A DNA stretch of 64,000 nt. Source: an uncultured Acidobacteriota bacterium. Its GTDB lineage: Bacteria; Acidobacteriota; Thermoanaerobaculia; Multivoradales; JAHEKO01. Both the position numbers and the translations under genes were made by a program. Where the stretch lies: positions 480,001 to 544,000 of the forward strand of contig CAVQNG010000003.1 in the NCBI GenBank assembly GCA_963713825.1, given 5' to 3'. Shown here piece by piece: positions 9,512 to 17,923 of the stretch. The notes under the pieces are model-generated. The model saw nothing but the letters and a program-made list of their open reading frames with translations. It had not been told where the DNA came from and ran no database searches. Every line of letters begins with the position of its first letter. The first letter of the stretch is position 1.

Positions 9512-11107
9512 ATGGGTCATGTGTTGAGAACGGGCGCCACGTTAGCAGTGACGATTGTGCTAGCCGGTTGCGGCCAACGCGAGGAACGACAACCGCGGCC
9601 CCAACCCCCAGACGGCGCGGTCGCAGGGGATTTCGACGTAGTCCCCTGTGTTCATGTGGCACGCGACGTTGAGTACCCGGCCGAGTGCGGCACGCTGATC
9701 GTCCCGGAAAACCGCCATGACCAGACCTCCCGCCTGATTGCCCTGCCCGTCAATCGTATCCTCGCCTCGGGCGATGCGCCGGATGAACCGATCTTCCACC
9801 TCACAGGCGGGCCGGGGATGTCGAATATGGCCTACAGCACGGTGGAGTGGTTCCAGGAGAACCACGACATTGTTCTAGTCGGCTTTCGCGGCGTGGACGG
9901 AACGGTCTATCTCAGCTGTCCGGAAGTAACCGAGGCGATGGGCTCCGGGCTGTCGCTGATGAGCCGAAACGGCATGGCGGCCCAGAGTGAGGCCTATGCC
10001 GCCTGCTCCGCGCGGTTGACCGCAGAGGGCATCGATCTGGACGGCTACACGCTCTTGGAAGTCGTTGATGATGTGGAGGCCGCACGTCAGGCTTTGGGCT
10101 ACACACGAATCAACCTGGAAAGCGGCAGCTACGGTACGCGCCTTGCTCAGATCTATACCTGGCGATATCCCGACAAAGTCCACCGCAATGCGATGGTGGC
10201 AGTCAATCCGCCGGGCCGCTTCTGGTGGGACGGAGCGATCCTGGAAGAGCAGATCCTGCGTTACTCGACCCTGTGCGCCGAAGATGAGTACTGCTCCTCG
10301 CGCACCAACGATCTCGCCGCTTCTATCCAGACGGCGCTGGACAACATGCCGGAGCGCTGGCTGGTCTTCCCGGTCGATCGCGACGCGGTGCTCTTCGCCA
10401 CCTTCATGGGTCTTTACTCCACAGATGGCGCTGCATCCACCTTCGACATTTGGCTTGCCGCCGCAGAGGGCGACTACAGCGGCATGGCGTTGGTATCTGC
10501 AGCGCTGATGTTCATGCTGCCGACCGACATGGCCTGGGGCGACAGCGCGTCGAAAGCCGGCAGCGCGGACTATGACTTCGACCCGACAGCCGACTATGTC
10601 GCCGAGGTTACGCCAGATCCCTATCTCATCGGCTCGCCGGGTTCGTCGATGGGCTGGGCCTCGGCGGCCACCTGGCCAGCCAAGAAGATCCCCGATGAAT
10701 ACCGCACGGCACAGCCCTCATCGGTGGAGACGCTGCTGCTCAGCGGCTCGCTGGACGTCTCCACCCCAGCTCAGAATGCCCGGAACCAACTACTCCCCCT
10801 TTTGGAGAACGGCGAGCAGGTCGTGCTTTCCGACTTCGCGCACACCGGTGACCTCTATTATCTCCAGCGAGAAGCGACGCGGCACTTGCTGAGAAACTTC
10901 TTCGCTACCGGGGAAGTGGACGCTTCGCTCTACCAGCCGAACACGGTGAACTTCAAGCCAGACTGGGGCTTCCCACTTATCGCCAAGCTCCTGTTGGGCG
11001 GCGCGGCACTGACGCTGATCATCGTAATGCTCCTGATTCGATTCTTCTTTCGCTTGGGGAGACGAGTGTTGATGCGGCACCAGACTGGAGGGCTCCCTGC
11101 AGGATGA
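9512..11107 (+). CDS. TAP-like alpha/beta hydrolase lipoprotein with C-terminal TM
   Basis: Lipobox LAGC; ECGTLIVPENR; GGPG; SGSYGT nucleophile; D..TP; AH. Confidence 0.85.
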   Translation: MGHVLRTGATLAVTIVLAGCGQREERQPRPQPPDGAVAGDFDVVPCVHVARDVEYPAECGTLIVPENRHDQTSRLIALPVNRILASGDAPDEPIFHLTGGPGMSNMAYSTVEWFQENHDIVLVGFRGVDGTVYLSCPEVTEAMGSGLSLMSRNGMAAQSEAYAACSARLTAEGIDLDGYTLLEVVDDVEAARQALGYTRINLESGSYGTRLAQIYTWRYPDKVHRNAMVAVNPPGRFWWDGAILEEQILRYSTLCAEDEYCSSRTNDLAASIQTALDNMPERWLVFPVDRDAVLFATFMGLYSTDGAASTFDIWLAAAEGDYSGMALVSAALMFMLPTDMAWGDSASKAGSADYDFDPTADYVAEVTPDPYLIGSPGSSMGWASAATWPAKKIPDEYRTAQPSSVETLLLSGSLDVSTPAQNARNQLLPLLENGEQVVLSDFAHTGDLYYLQREATRHLLRNFFATGEVDASLYQPNTVNFKPDWGFPLIAKLLLGGAALTLIIVMLLIRFFFRLGRRVLMRHQTGGLPAG

Positions 11108-11217
11108 GATCGCAAACTGGCGCGACTGATTGGGCGATCCACGGCCTGACCTGACCCCCTGAAACGAGTCCAGTTGGAGGGTTAGGGAGCCGCGCTTCAG
11201 ACACTTTCAGGCTTCTA

Positions 11218-11369
11218 GGTAGCTATCTCAGTATTCCCGAACCGCTCCCGCAGCTCCGAGATGCCTCTTCTGGCCGCGGAGACATGTCGGAAGGGCTTCC
11301 TGATGGGTTCCGAAGTCCTTCTGAAGGTCCACGGAAATGGACCACCCGTGGACCACGGGCATTGAGTGA
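11218..11369. repeat. Long tRNA-proximal module end, copy 2
   Basis: Aligns by eye with 6658-6793 and 21344-21494. Confidence 0.88.
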
Positions 11370-11374
11370 CCAAT

Positions 11375-11401
11375 CGGCCGGCAGGGGCGCCGGCCGCTTC
11401 A
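11375..11401. repeat. REP-like palindrome
   Basis: cggccggcaggggcgccggccgcttca. Confidence 0.8.
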
Positions 11402-11412
11402 CGTATTGGAGA

Positions 11413-11574
11413 TGGCGGAGGGGGTGGGATTCGAGCACGGAGGGGCAGGTGCGGGGGTGCAGTGCCGGCGACCAACGGGAGCCCAACACGGAGGGGTAGG
11501 CGAGGGGATGCAGTGAAGCCGACCATCGGGAGGCAACCTTGGACCGCGTGAACGGTCGCCGGTTTTCAAGACCG
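11413..11574 (-). repeat. tRNA-Ser 3'-half fragment C with ~100-nt T-loop insertion
   Basis: Nearly identical to fragment B. Confidence 0.9.
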
Positions 11575-11722
11575 TTGCACGGCTTCCAAGCGAGACAAAT
11601 CCAGACTAAAAGGGACCAAAGGAGACTAATGACCGTCGATCTTGTGGGGAAACATCATTTTGTCTGGTTTTGTCCCGATTGGTCTGGTTTGGGCTCCTCG
11701 GTGTACCACAGGTGTACCACGG
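11575..11722. repeat. Variant tRNA-distal module end (AGAC/GTCT phased repeats, GTGTACCAC pair)
   Basis: agacaaatccagactaaaagggaccaaaggagact...tgtctggttttgtcccgattggtctgg...gtgtaccacaggtgtaccacgg. Confidence 0.6.
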
Positions 11723-11783
11723 GATGTGCACCACCCGAACTCGCCACTTCGGGTCCACACAGCCGCAGAACTGATTCAGGAGC

Positions 11784-12680
11784 CTACTTTGGAAACAACA
11801 GTTTCAGCTGCAATCGTAGCGTCCACGTTTCACCCTGATTCTGCAGGTTGGGTGCGTCGGCAATCCGCGGCTTCGGCTTCTCAACGTTATAGAAGGCCTG
11901 CATCGAAAGGTCCAGGGGCTGCTTGCCCCACTTGACGATCCTGCCAAACCCGCCGCCGAGTGGTACCGTCCATCGGTTGCTGCTCGAGGCCGTCCAGTTG
12001 GCAGTGATCACCGGCACCGACGTTAGGTACCAGCCCTTGTTCAGGTTGTAGTTGATGATGGGCTGCAGCGTCATCAGGTTTACACTCTCGGCATCGTCAT
12101 CCCCTGCGAAGGACCATACATTCTGAACCAGGACACCCAGAACCCAGCTTCCGGGCATGGTCAGCACCACGACGCCGGCTCCGCCCGACCACTTCTCGCT
12201 GGCCCAGCTGTCCTCGGTTGCAGAAGGGAACAGAAAGGACGGCCCGACACCCCAGATGATCTTTCCCGGCTGAGACGGCGAGATGAAACCGGTGTAGCTG
12301 ATGTCTCCCAGACCCGACCGACTGTCACCTACCTCCGAGAAGACCGCCTCTTGATAAATCAAAGGCACGATGCCACGGTTGATCAGGTTGAATTTCTTAC
12401 TCAGACCTACCGGATAGACGGGCTGGATGTTGAGAACGTTCGAAATCGCATCGTCCGGTCCGATACCAAAGCTGGTGTTGTTCTGAAACGGCAGGCTGAC
12501 GAGATTGCCAATCGGGTTCTGCGACTGTTTGGCGAGATCCGACTCACCCTCCTCCTGCGCTGCGGCAGAGACCAAGGAAAACACCAAAGCCAGGACTGTG
12601 GTTACGGTTCCTCTTCGTGCTCTAGTCACACTAGCGACGCGAACCTTGGGCCACCCCCGAACCTCGGGTAGTCTGCTCAC
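11784..12680 (-). CDS. Putative outer-membrane beta-barrel channel ('neuromedin U'/MetA-pathway-like)
   Basis: LAKQSQNPIGNLVSLPFQNN, NIQPV.P, GLGDI, WTVPLGGG; C-terminal LLFPK. Confidence 0.75.
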   Translation of the reverse strand: MSRLPEVRGWPKVRVASVTRARRGTVTTVLALVFSLVSAAAQEEGESDLAKQSQNPIGNLVSLPFQNNTSFGIGPDDAISNVLNIQPVYPVGLSKKFNLINRGIVPLIYQEAVFSEVGDSRSGLGDISYTGFISPSQPGKIIWGVGPSFLFPSATEDSWASEKWSGGAGVVVLTMPGSWVLGVLVQNVWSFAGDDDAESVNLMTLQPIINYNLNKGWYLTSVPVITANWTASSSNRWTVPLGGGFGRIVKWGKQPLDLSMQAFYNVEKPKPRIADAPNLQNQGETWTLRLQLKLLFPK

Positions 12681-13954
12681 TGCTGTTTCTCGTTGAGTCC
12701 AAACTGCTCGTTGACCTCGTCATATATGGGCTGAATCACGTCCTTCATGTCGTATTTGCCGCCTGCGATCATGTCCGAATAGGGGATCATGAGACTTGGA
12801 TCGGGCACCAGCGGCTCCTTGGTGGCCGGAGGTGGCCAGACGTCTTCATCAACAACTGCCATCCGTACGCGAATGTCGTCCTTGGTTATGTTCCACACCA
12901 TGTAGTCCACGGAAAGGCTCAGCGGACCCTCGTAGGTAGTTCGGATGCGAGCACCGACGTCAGGTCCGATGTCCCAATCATTGAAGAAGTGATATGCGAC
13001 CGCCATCCGCGGCTTGATGATCGACATCATCTTGCCAAACGCCTCTGGTGCGGTGTGGATCTGGGTAGCCACCGATAGAGCGCCTTGTGGTGTGAACTTG
13101 AACCTGTCGATCATGGCCGGTACGGGAATGAAACACTCGTGAATCGCCAGGTCGGCGCCCTTCGCATACTCCGCGTACCACTTGTTCGGATAAGTATCAC
13201 CTCCGAACACGAATTTGAGATCGTTCCACTCGACGATGAAACTCACTGGACCATCCAGGGAATGGATGGCTGGGATGGACCGAATCGTGACGCCGTTCTC
13301 CTGATAGATGATCTCATTCACGCCCTTGTAGTCGAACTCGGTAACCTCAAAAGGTACATATCCGCGTGGATCGGTAATTCCCTTGCGGCCATCGAGGTCC
13401 CAGGTGAGCGCCTTGTACAAATGATCCAGCGCGTATTTCGTGCCCCTCTCCGGTGTATCACCGCTCGGACCCCAAACGCGTAACGGTCCCTGGCGGCCGG
13501 ACAACGCGCCACCGACAAACAGTGCATCCAGATCACCGAAGTGGTCGGTATGCAGGTGGCTCAGGAAGACCTTGTCGAGGAAGTTGTAGGGGATTTGTAG
13601 TGCTGCGATCCGCTCTGCCGATCCGGTGCCAGCATCGAATACAAACTTGTCACCGTTCCCCAGTTCGAGCAGCCAGCACGACGCCGCTTGTTTCGGACGA
13701 GCCGTTGGCATGCCAGTGCCACAGGCAATCAACCGCATTTCGTCCGGACCCAGTGCCTCGCTGTTTGGCGTATAGAAGTCGCGCTCGCGGGGTTCGATCG
13801 GAGAAATCTCCTCCGGTGGAGTCGCCGCTACGAGAGAAATGAAGCCTACGGTCGCAGCCATGCCGACTGCGAGCCCAGCCACGAACGTGAACCTCTTTGC
13901 TCTGCCTACTCTCATTTTTCGATTCCGCATCATCAACCTCCTGCCGCTTCCCAT
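12677..13954 (-). CDS. Exported MBL-fold hydrolase (RNase Z/AtsA-like)
   Basis: GTG.P, D.GTG, HLHTDH, GDT, HE, HT, H metal motifs; signal peptide. Confidence 0.85.
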   Translation of the reverse strand: MGSGRRLMMRNRKMRVGRAKRFTFVAGLAVGMAATVGFISLVAATPPEEISPIEPRERDFYTPNSEALGPDEMRLIACGTGMPTARPKQAASCWLLELGNGDKFVFDAGTGSAERIAALQIPYNFLDKVFLSHLHTDHFGDLDALFVGGALSGRQGPLRVWGPSGDTPERGTKYALDHLYKALTWDLDGRKGITDPRGYVPFEVTEFDYKGVNEIIYQENGVTIRSIPAIHSLDGPVSFIVEWNDLKFVFGGDTYPNKWYAEYAKGADLAIHECFIPVPAMIDRFKFTPQGALSVATQIHTAPEAFGKMMSIIKPRMAVAYHFFNDWDIGPDVGARIRTTYEGPLSLSVDYMVWNITKDDIRVRMAVVDEDVWPPPATKEPLVPDPSLMIPYSDMIAGGKYDMKDVIQPIYDEVNEQFGLNEKQQ

Positions 13955-14052
13955 GCGGCGACAACCAACACCAGATGTGTTCGTCTGAGCCTGTATTATT
14001 AGACGCCGGCGTATAGTATCATTTGTGTACGCAATCGTCTAGTAATGTTAGA

Positions 14053-14622
14053 ATGCACCTCGTGTCGTCCAAGAACAAACAGCCGCGAAGGAAGAAGGAC
14101 GACTGGCTCAGAGCGGCCCTTGAGGTGTTTGAGAAAGAAGGTATCGAAGGGGTCAGGGTGGAGAGACTGGCGCGGGATCTCAACGTGGCGAAGAGCGGCT
14201 TCTACTGGCATTTCAAAGACCGTGATCAGCTGTACGACGAGTTGCTCGGACTCTGGGAACAAGAATCCACACTGGACGTGACGACGAGCGACGCGACTGT
14301 CTCTCTACCCCCCGCGGACCGACTCTTGCGAACGGCCTACCTGATCTGGGTACACGACCTCACGCGTTTCGATCTGCCTTTCCAGGCCTGGGCTCAGAGA
14401 GACCCCAAGGTTCTCGACCGGGTGCATCAAGTCTACGAGCAGAGGCTTTCCTGGATCCGACAGATGTTCCGCGAGCTCGGTTTCAAGGGCGAAGACCTCG
14501 AGATGAGGACCCGCTTCTTCGTCGTCTACCACGCCTGGGAGCGTACCGTGTTTCCGCAGCTGCCAAAGGCTCAGGCGAAGCGACTGATCAAACGACGGGT
14601 GGATCTGCTCGTTCACCCCTAG
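14053..14622 (+). CDS. TetR/AcrR family regulator
   Basis: HTH VRVERLARDLNVAKSGFYWHFKDR; divergent from the hydrolase/channel pair. Confidence 0.9.
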   Translation: MHLVSSKNKQPRRKKDDWLRAALEVFEKEGIEGVRVERLARDLNVAKSGFYWHFKDRDQLYDELLGLWEQESTLDVTTSDATVSLPPADRLLRTAYLIWVHDLTRFDLPFQAWAQRDPKVLDRVHQVYEQRLSWIRQMFRELGFKGEDLEMRTRFFVVYHAWERTVFPQLPKAQAKRLIKRRVDLLVHP

Positions 14623-14681
14623 GCCGACCGCTTTGTTGCTCCAGTGCTCCACTGCTTCACTGCCGGGTGGGCGGGCGGGAA

Positions 14682-14792
14682 TGGCGGAGGGGAAGGGATT
14701 CGAGCACGGAGGGGTAGGCGCGGGGATGCAGTGAAGCCGACCATCGGGAGGCAACCCTTGGACCGCGTGAACGGTCGCCGGTTTTCAAGACC
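14682..14792 (-). repeat. tRNA-Ser 3'-half fragment D with 50-nt T-loop insertion
   Basis: Identical to 21517-21577 apart from the insert at 14704-14753. Confidence 0.92.
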
Positions 14793-14930
14793 TCCGATCT
14801 CCCACAACTGACAACACTCCACAACACCTGACAACGAAGCGACGGGGCTCCGCTGGCAGGGGGGATTGTTGTGGTCAATGCTCAAGAGTGGTGGTTAGTT
14901 GTGGTCTAGGGGACCGAGAGTGGACCACGG
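14793..14930. repeat. tRNA-distal module end, copy 3
   Basis: Same sequence family as 7001-7109 and 8749-8886. Confidence 0.88.
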
Positions 14931-14936
14931 GGCGTC

Positions 14937-15104
14937 CTGAATCCCTTCAGAGTCAGGCGACATCTGCTCCGACCAGCCAACCAGCGAATGCTGCGTGCCC
15001 GCTCCTTCCTTGTGTGGCATGAGGTGACGTGTGCCTGCCCGATCCAGAATTAGGCCCCGGATTCGGCCCAAGCCTCGCTCGGCAGACGCCAAGTTGACAG
15101 AGCC
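14937..15104 (+). mobile_element. IS6-family right-end remnant
   Basis: Translates LNPFRVRRHLLRPANQRMLRARSFLVWHEVTCA (IS6-like transposase C-terminus); ends aagttgacagagcc (GGCTCTGTC-type IR). Confidence 0.55.
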
Positions 15105-15178
15105 TAGGCGACGGGTCTCGGCGACACCATGCTGCTCATGATGGTGGCTTCCAATTCTGGCATTGCGAGGGGCTTCCT

Positions 15179-16486
15179 TCAATCGAACAGCCCTGATCTT
15201 GCGAGCTGCCTGGCGATACGCGGCATTTCATCCATCCGCCCTGCAGTCTTGGTGCCGAACCACGCAACTACCAATTCCTTCGACGCAGACACGTACAGGC
15301 CTTGCCCGCCGAATCCACTCTTGAAGAAGTCGCCGTCAGAGGTGACGACGTCCCATTGGCGGGTACTGTGGTGGAACGACCCATCACCGAGATCTTCGTT
15401 GTGCCAACGCCTTTGCTCTTCGGTGGTTAGCTCGGGTCGACCGGCTTCTTGGATGTTGTCGAGATAGGCATCAGACACCACAGGATTCCCCCCGGCGCGC
15501 CCCTTCGGAGTGAAGAGCATCCCGTAACGAGCCAGATCACGCAAAGTGCTGCTGAACCCTCCCCCGGAAAAGGAGTTGCCGTGGGCCGTGGCAGTGATGA
15601 ACGCGTCGGACTCAGCACCTGTGCGCCGCCAGATCTCACGCTCGACAAAGTCAGAGAAGCGCTCCCCCGAGACGGCCTCCACCAACCCATTGAGGATCTC
15701 GGTATTCACCGAGGTATAGTCGAACACCTGACCGGACGGCGCACCCCGAGACATCTGTGCGACGGTGTTCATTGGGTCGGCCAGAACTTGGTCAGTCTCC
15801 GGCCACCCGAAGGCGTCGTAGAAGGCCCAGAAGCACGAGTCGGGCTCATATTGAACTTCCGGGCAGTCGATCCCGGACGCCATGTCCAAGATGTCGATGA
15901 CCGGAATGCCTTCCCAGGCGGTCCCGGCGAGGGGTTTGAGATAGGAGTCGATGGGCCGGCTCACATCGATGCGCCCGCGGTCCTCCAGAATCGCCATGGC
16001 CGTCGAGACCATGGTCTTCGAGACCGAGAACCAAACATGTCTGTCGGTGGGCAGCATCCGCGGATAGGTCTCGAAGACGATCCGCCCATCGTGGACGACC
16101 AGCGCTCCGTCCACTGCAGAATTCTCCGCGTAATCCGCCAGAGTCATTTCGCCCGCCTCCACCGATACCGTGACGTTCCCGATCCCTGCGCCGGGGTCCA
16201 CGGGAAGCGACCTGATGGGCCCGTTCCGCCTGAGTACGATCTGTGGCCAGAATTCCGACATGTGTAGGTAGACGTAACGGGTGAAGTCCCCGCCCTGTGA
16301 CCACTCGGAGAAGGTGGGATCGAAGCGTCGATGGATGTCCCTCACCTCCTCCAAGGTAAAGAAGCGCTCGGCCTCCGATAGGGCGGAGGTGGAATCCACC
16401 ACCTCGCTGTCAGAAGCCGCCGGCTCCGTGGCTGGCATACATCCGACTGCCAGGACAAGGACGAGTCCGGCCATTGGCTGCTTCAT
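15179..16486 (-). CDS. Serine hydrolase, class C beta-lactamase/NylB-like lipoprotein
   Basis: Lipobox AVGC; SVSK (SxxK), YTS, KSG.GGQ. Confidence 0.88.
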   Translation of the reverse strand: MKQPMAGLVLVLAVGCMPATEPAASDSEVVDSTSALSEAERFFTLEEVRDIHRRFDPTFSEWSQGGDFTRYVYLHMSEFWPQIVLRRNGPIRSLPVDPGAGIGNVTVSVEAGEMTLADYAENSAVDGALVVHDGRIVFETYPRMLPTDRHVWFSVSKTMVSTAMAILEDRGRIDVSRPIDSYLKPLAGTAWEGIPVIDILDMASGIDCPEVQYEPDSCFWAFYDAFGWPETDQVLADPMNTVAQMSRGAPSGQVFDYTSVNTEILNGLVEAVSGERFSDFVEREIWRRTGAESDAFITATAHGNSFSGGGFSSTLRDLARYGMLFTPKGRAGGNPVVSDAYLDNIQEAGRPELTTEEQRRWHNEDLGDGSFHHSTRQWDVVTSDGDFFKSGFGGQGLYVSASKELVVAWFGTKTAGRMDEMPRIARQLARSGLFD

Positions 16487-16534
16487 TGTCTCAAGCTCCC
16501 AGAAACGGCTCCACCTACGCTGCTACGAGAGGCC

Positions 16535-16705
16535 GCATAACGGATCCGCCCATAACCTGCAGGCTTCGCCGCGTAAGAGTTGGCGAGAAGATACCACCCC
16601 GGAGCCAGGCAGCTAGAGCGGCCTTCTCGGCGACAGCCGAGACGAGGTCGCGGAATTCACTCCCAACTCGTCAAGCGGCCTGTAAGGTTCAGGGGCTTGT
16701 TATGC
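16535..16705 (-). mobile_element. Integron attC site 1
   Basis: Minus strand: GCATAAC aagcccctgaaccttacaggc...gcctgcaggttatgggcggatcc GTTATGC; R''/L''/L'/R' layout. Confidence 0.75.
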
Positions 16706-17161
16706 GGCGGACGACGTAGCCATCTCAGATCTCGCGACGAGGTACGCGAGGTAGAACATTCGGAGAAACGAGATCATGAAAACCACGGACAGCACGATCA
16801 GCAGGGGACCGTAGGTAGGATCCTCGGCCAAGGGTCTACGTCCCTCGGGAACGAATCTGTCGAGACCAACGGCGCCGAGAAGACTGAAAAACGAGAGAAT
16901 ACGATTTGTAGCGACAGCCTTGCGTCTTCTGGATGCAAGCTGAGATGACTCATTCGGCCGGACGGGCGACGCGAACACCGGAAGCAAGAAGGGAATCCCG
17001 AGCGCCGCTGGAAGCCACCAAGCCGGGTTCTCACCTGGTATATCGACTGCAAGGGGGACTGCGCCCAAGAAGACAAGGAAGAGCCCTAGCGAGCCTGAGG
17101 CGATACGTACGGGCAGGCCAATCGGCGAGTTGCTTTTAGCCACCAAATGAGTCCGCCGCAT
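16700..17161 (-). CDS. Gene-cassette membrane protein (hypothetical)
   Basis: Fills the space between two attC sites; its TAA lies in R''; TM segments. Confidence 0.65.
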   Translation of the reverse strand: MRRTHLVAKSNSPIGLPVRIASGSLGLFLVFLGAVPLAVDIPGENPAWWLPAALGIPFLLPVFASPVRPNESSQLASRRRKAVATNRILSFFSLLGAVGLDRFVPEGRRPLAEDPTYGPLLIVLSVVFMISFLRMFYLAYLVARSEMATSSAA

Positions 17162-17292
17162 AACGCCCTCGGGCTAACCGGCGCCGCCAACGACGGTACC
17201 GGGAATCTCGATTGATTGAACTGGTCACTTGCAGAGTTTACAACCGCTCCCGCAACGCGACGGGCGGCGTCCGGTTCAGCGAGTTGTTAGAG
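17158..17292 (-). mobile_element. Integron attC site 2
   Basis: Minus strand: CTCTAAC aactcgctgaaccggacgccgcc...ggcggcgccggttagcccgagggc GTTATGC with an extrahelical base. Confidence 0.78.
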
Positions 17293-17427
17293 GGCACCTC
17301 AGAACACGTAGTCGACAAAACCAACAACGGCCGCGCCAACGATGGACAGAATGAGCGCCAGCCAGAGGGAGGAACGAGCCTCATGGATTCTGACGCCCGG
17401 CCGGAGGAGCACGATGATGGTGTCCAG

Positions 17428-17919
17428 CTACTGAACGGCGCTGGACCACGCTGTGGTGTCGCCAGACTCGAAGCCGTCGGCGAAGACCCTGGTGATGGGC
17501 GGACAGGGCAGTGTGGCCGCGCGGACCACCTCCAAGCCGGTGCCCTCCACGCGGGCCGCTTCGGCTACGGACAGAGCCTCGGGATGACAACCGTTCCGGA
17601 CTTGGAGGTCTACCAGAGTTACCAGAGCTCCCGATCCGACCACCTGCACCAACCCCTCGATGATCGGCGTCCCGGCACCCGGCCCAGTGATCGTCAGGGA
17701 ACGAGGCACGTGGATCGACTCCGCATACGTCTGATCGACCAAGTCGATCTGGGTGCAAGCAAGATCGTCCACGGCCGCCTGAATCGTGAGGTGAGAGCCG
17801 GGCACGGTGCAGGTGATTGCTCGTACAGGGACCCGAGCCATCAGAACCAGAACCAGAACCAGAAACAAGACTGGCCTGACGAGGGGAGGTAGGGACTGCA
17901 GCGTTCGTCGCGTGCGCAT
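17428..17919 (-). CDS. Secreted protein with C-terminal FADGFESGDTTAWS motif
   Basis: Signal peptide; VPG...TIQAAVD beta-helix-type start; conserved tail. Confidence 0.75.
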   Translation of the reverse strand: MRTRRTLQSLPPLVRPVLFLVLVLVLMARVPVRAITCTVPGSHLTIQAAVDDLACTQIDLVDQTYAESIHVPRSLTITGPGAGTPIIEGLVQVVGSGALVTLVDLQVRNGCHPEALSVAEAARVEGTGLEVVRAATLPCPPITRVFADGFESGDTTAWSSAVQ

Positions 17920-17923
17920 CGGA

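Noticed and set aside
6968-14792. tRNA fragments as functional, intron-containing or split tRNAs
   Set aside because: They lack the 5' acceptor strand and D-arm; better explained as att remnants.
8317-14885. Repeated small ORFs (MVGFTASPRLP..., MSIDHNN..., MTNRPAGAP...)
   Set aside because: Translations of the non-coding att and end repeats, not a protein family.
15179-16486. Serine hydrolase as a true AmpC resistance gene
   Set aside because: YTS and KSG motifs and the overall pattern fit NylB/esterase-like members better.
17842-17865. (CAGAAC)n microsatellite as a phase-variation switch
   Set aside because: 6-bp in-frame unit encoding LVLVLV in a signal peptide; slippage would not shift frame.
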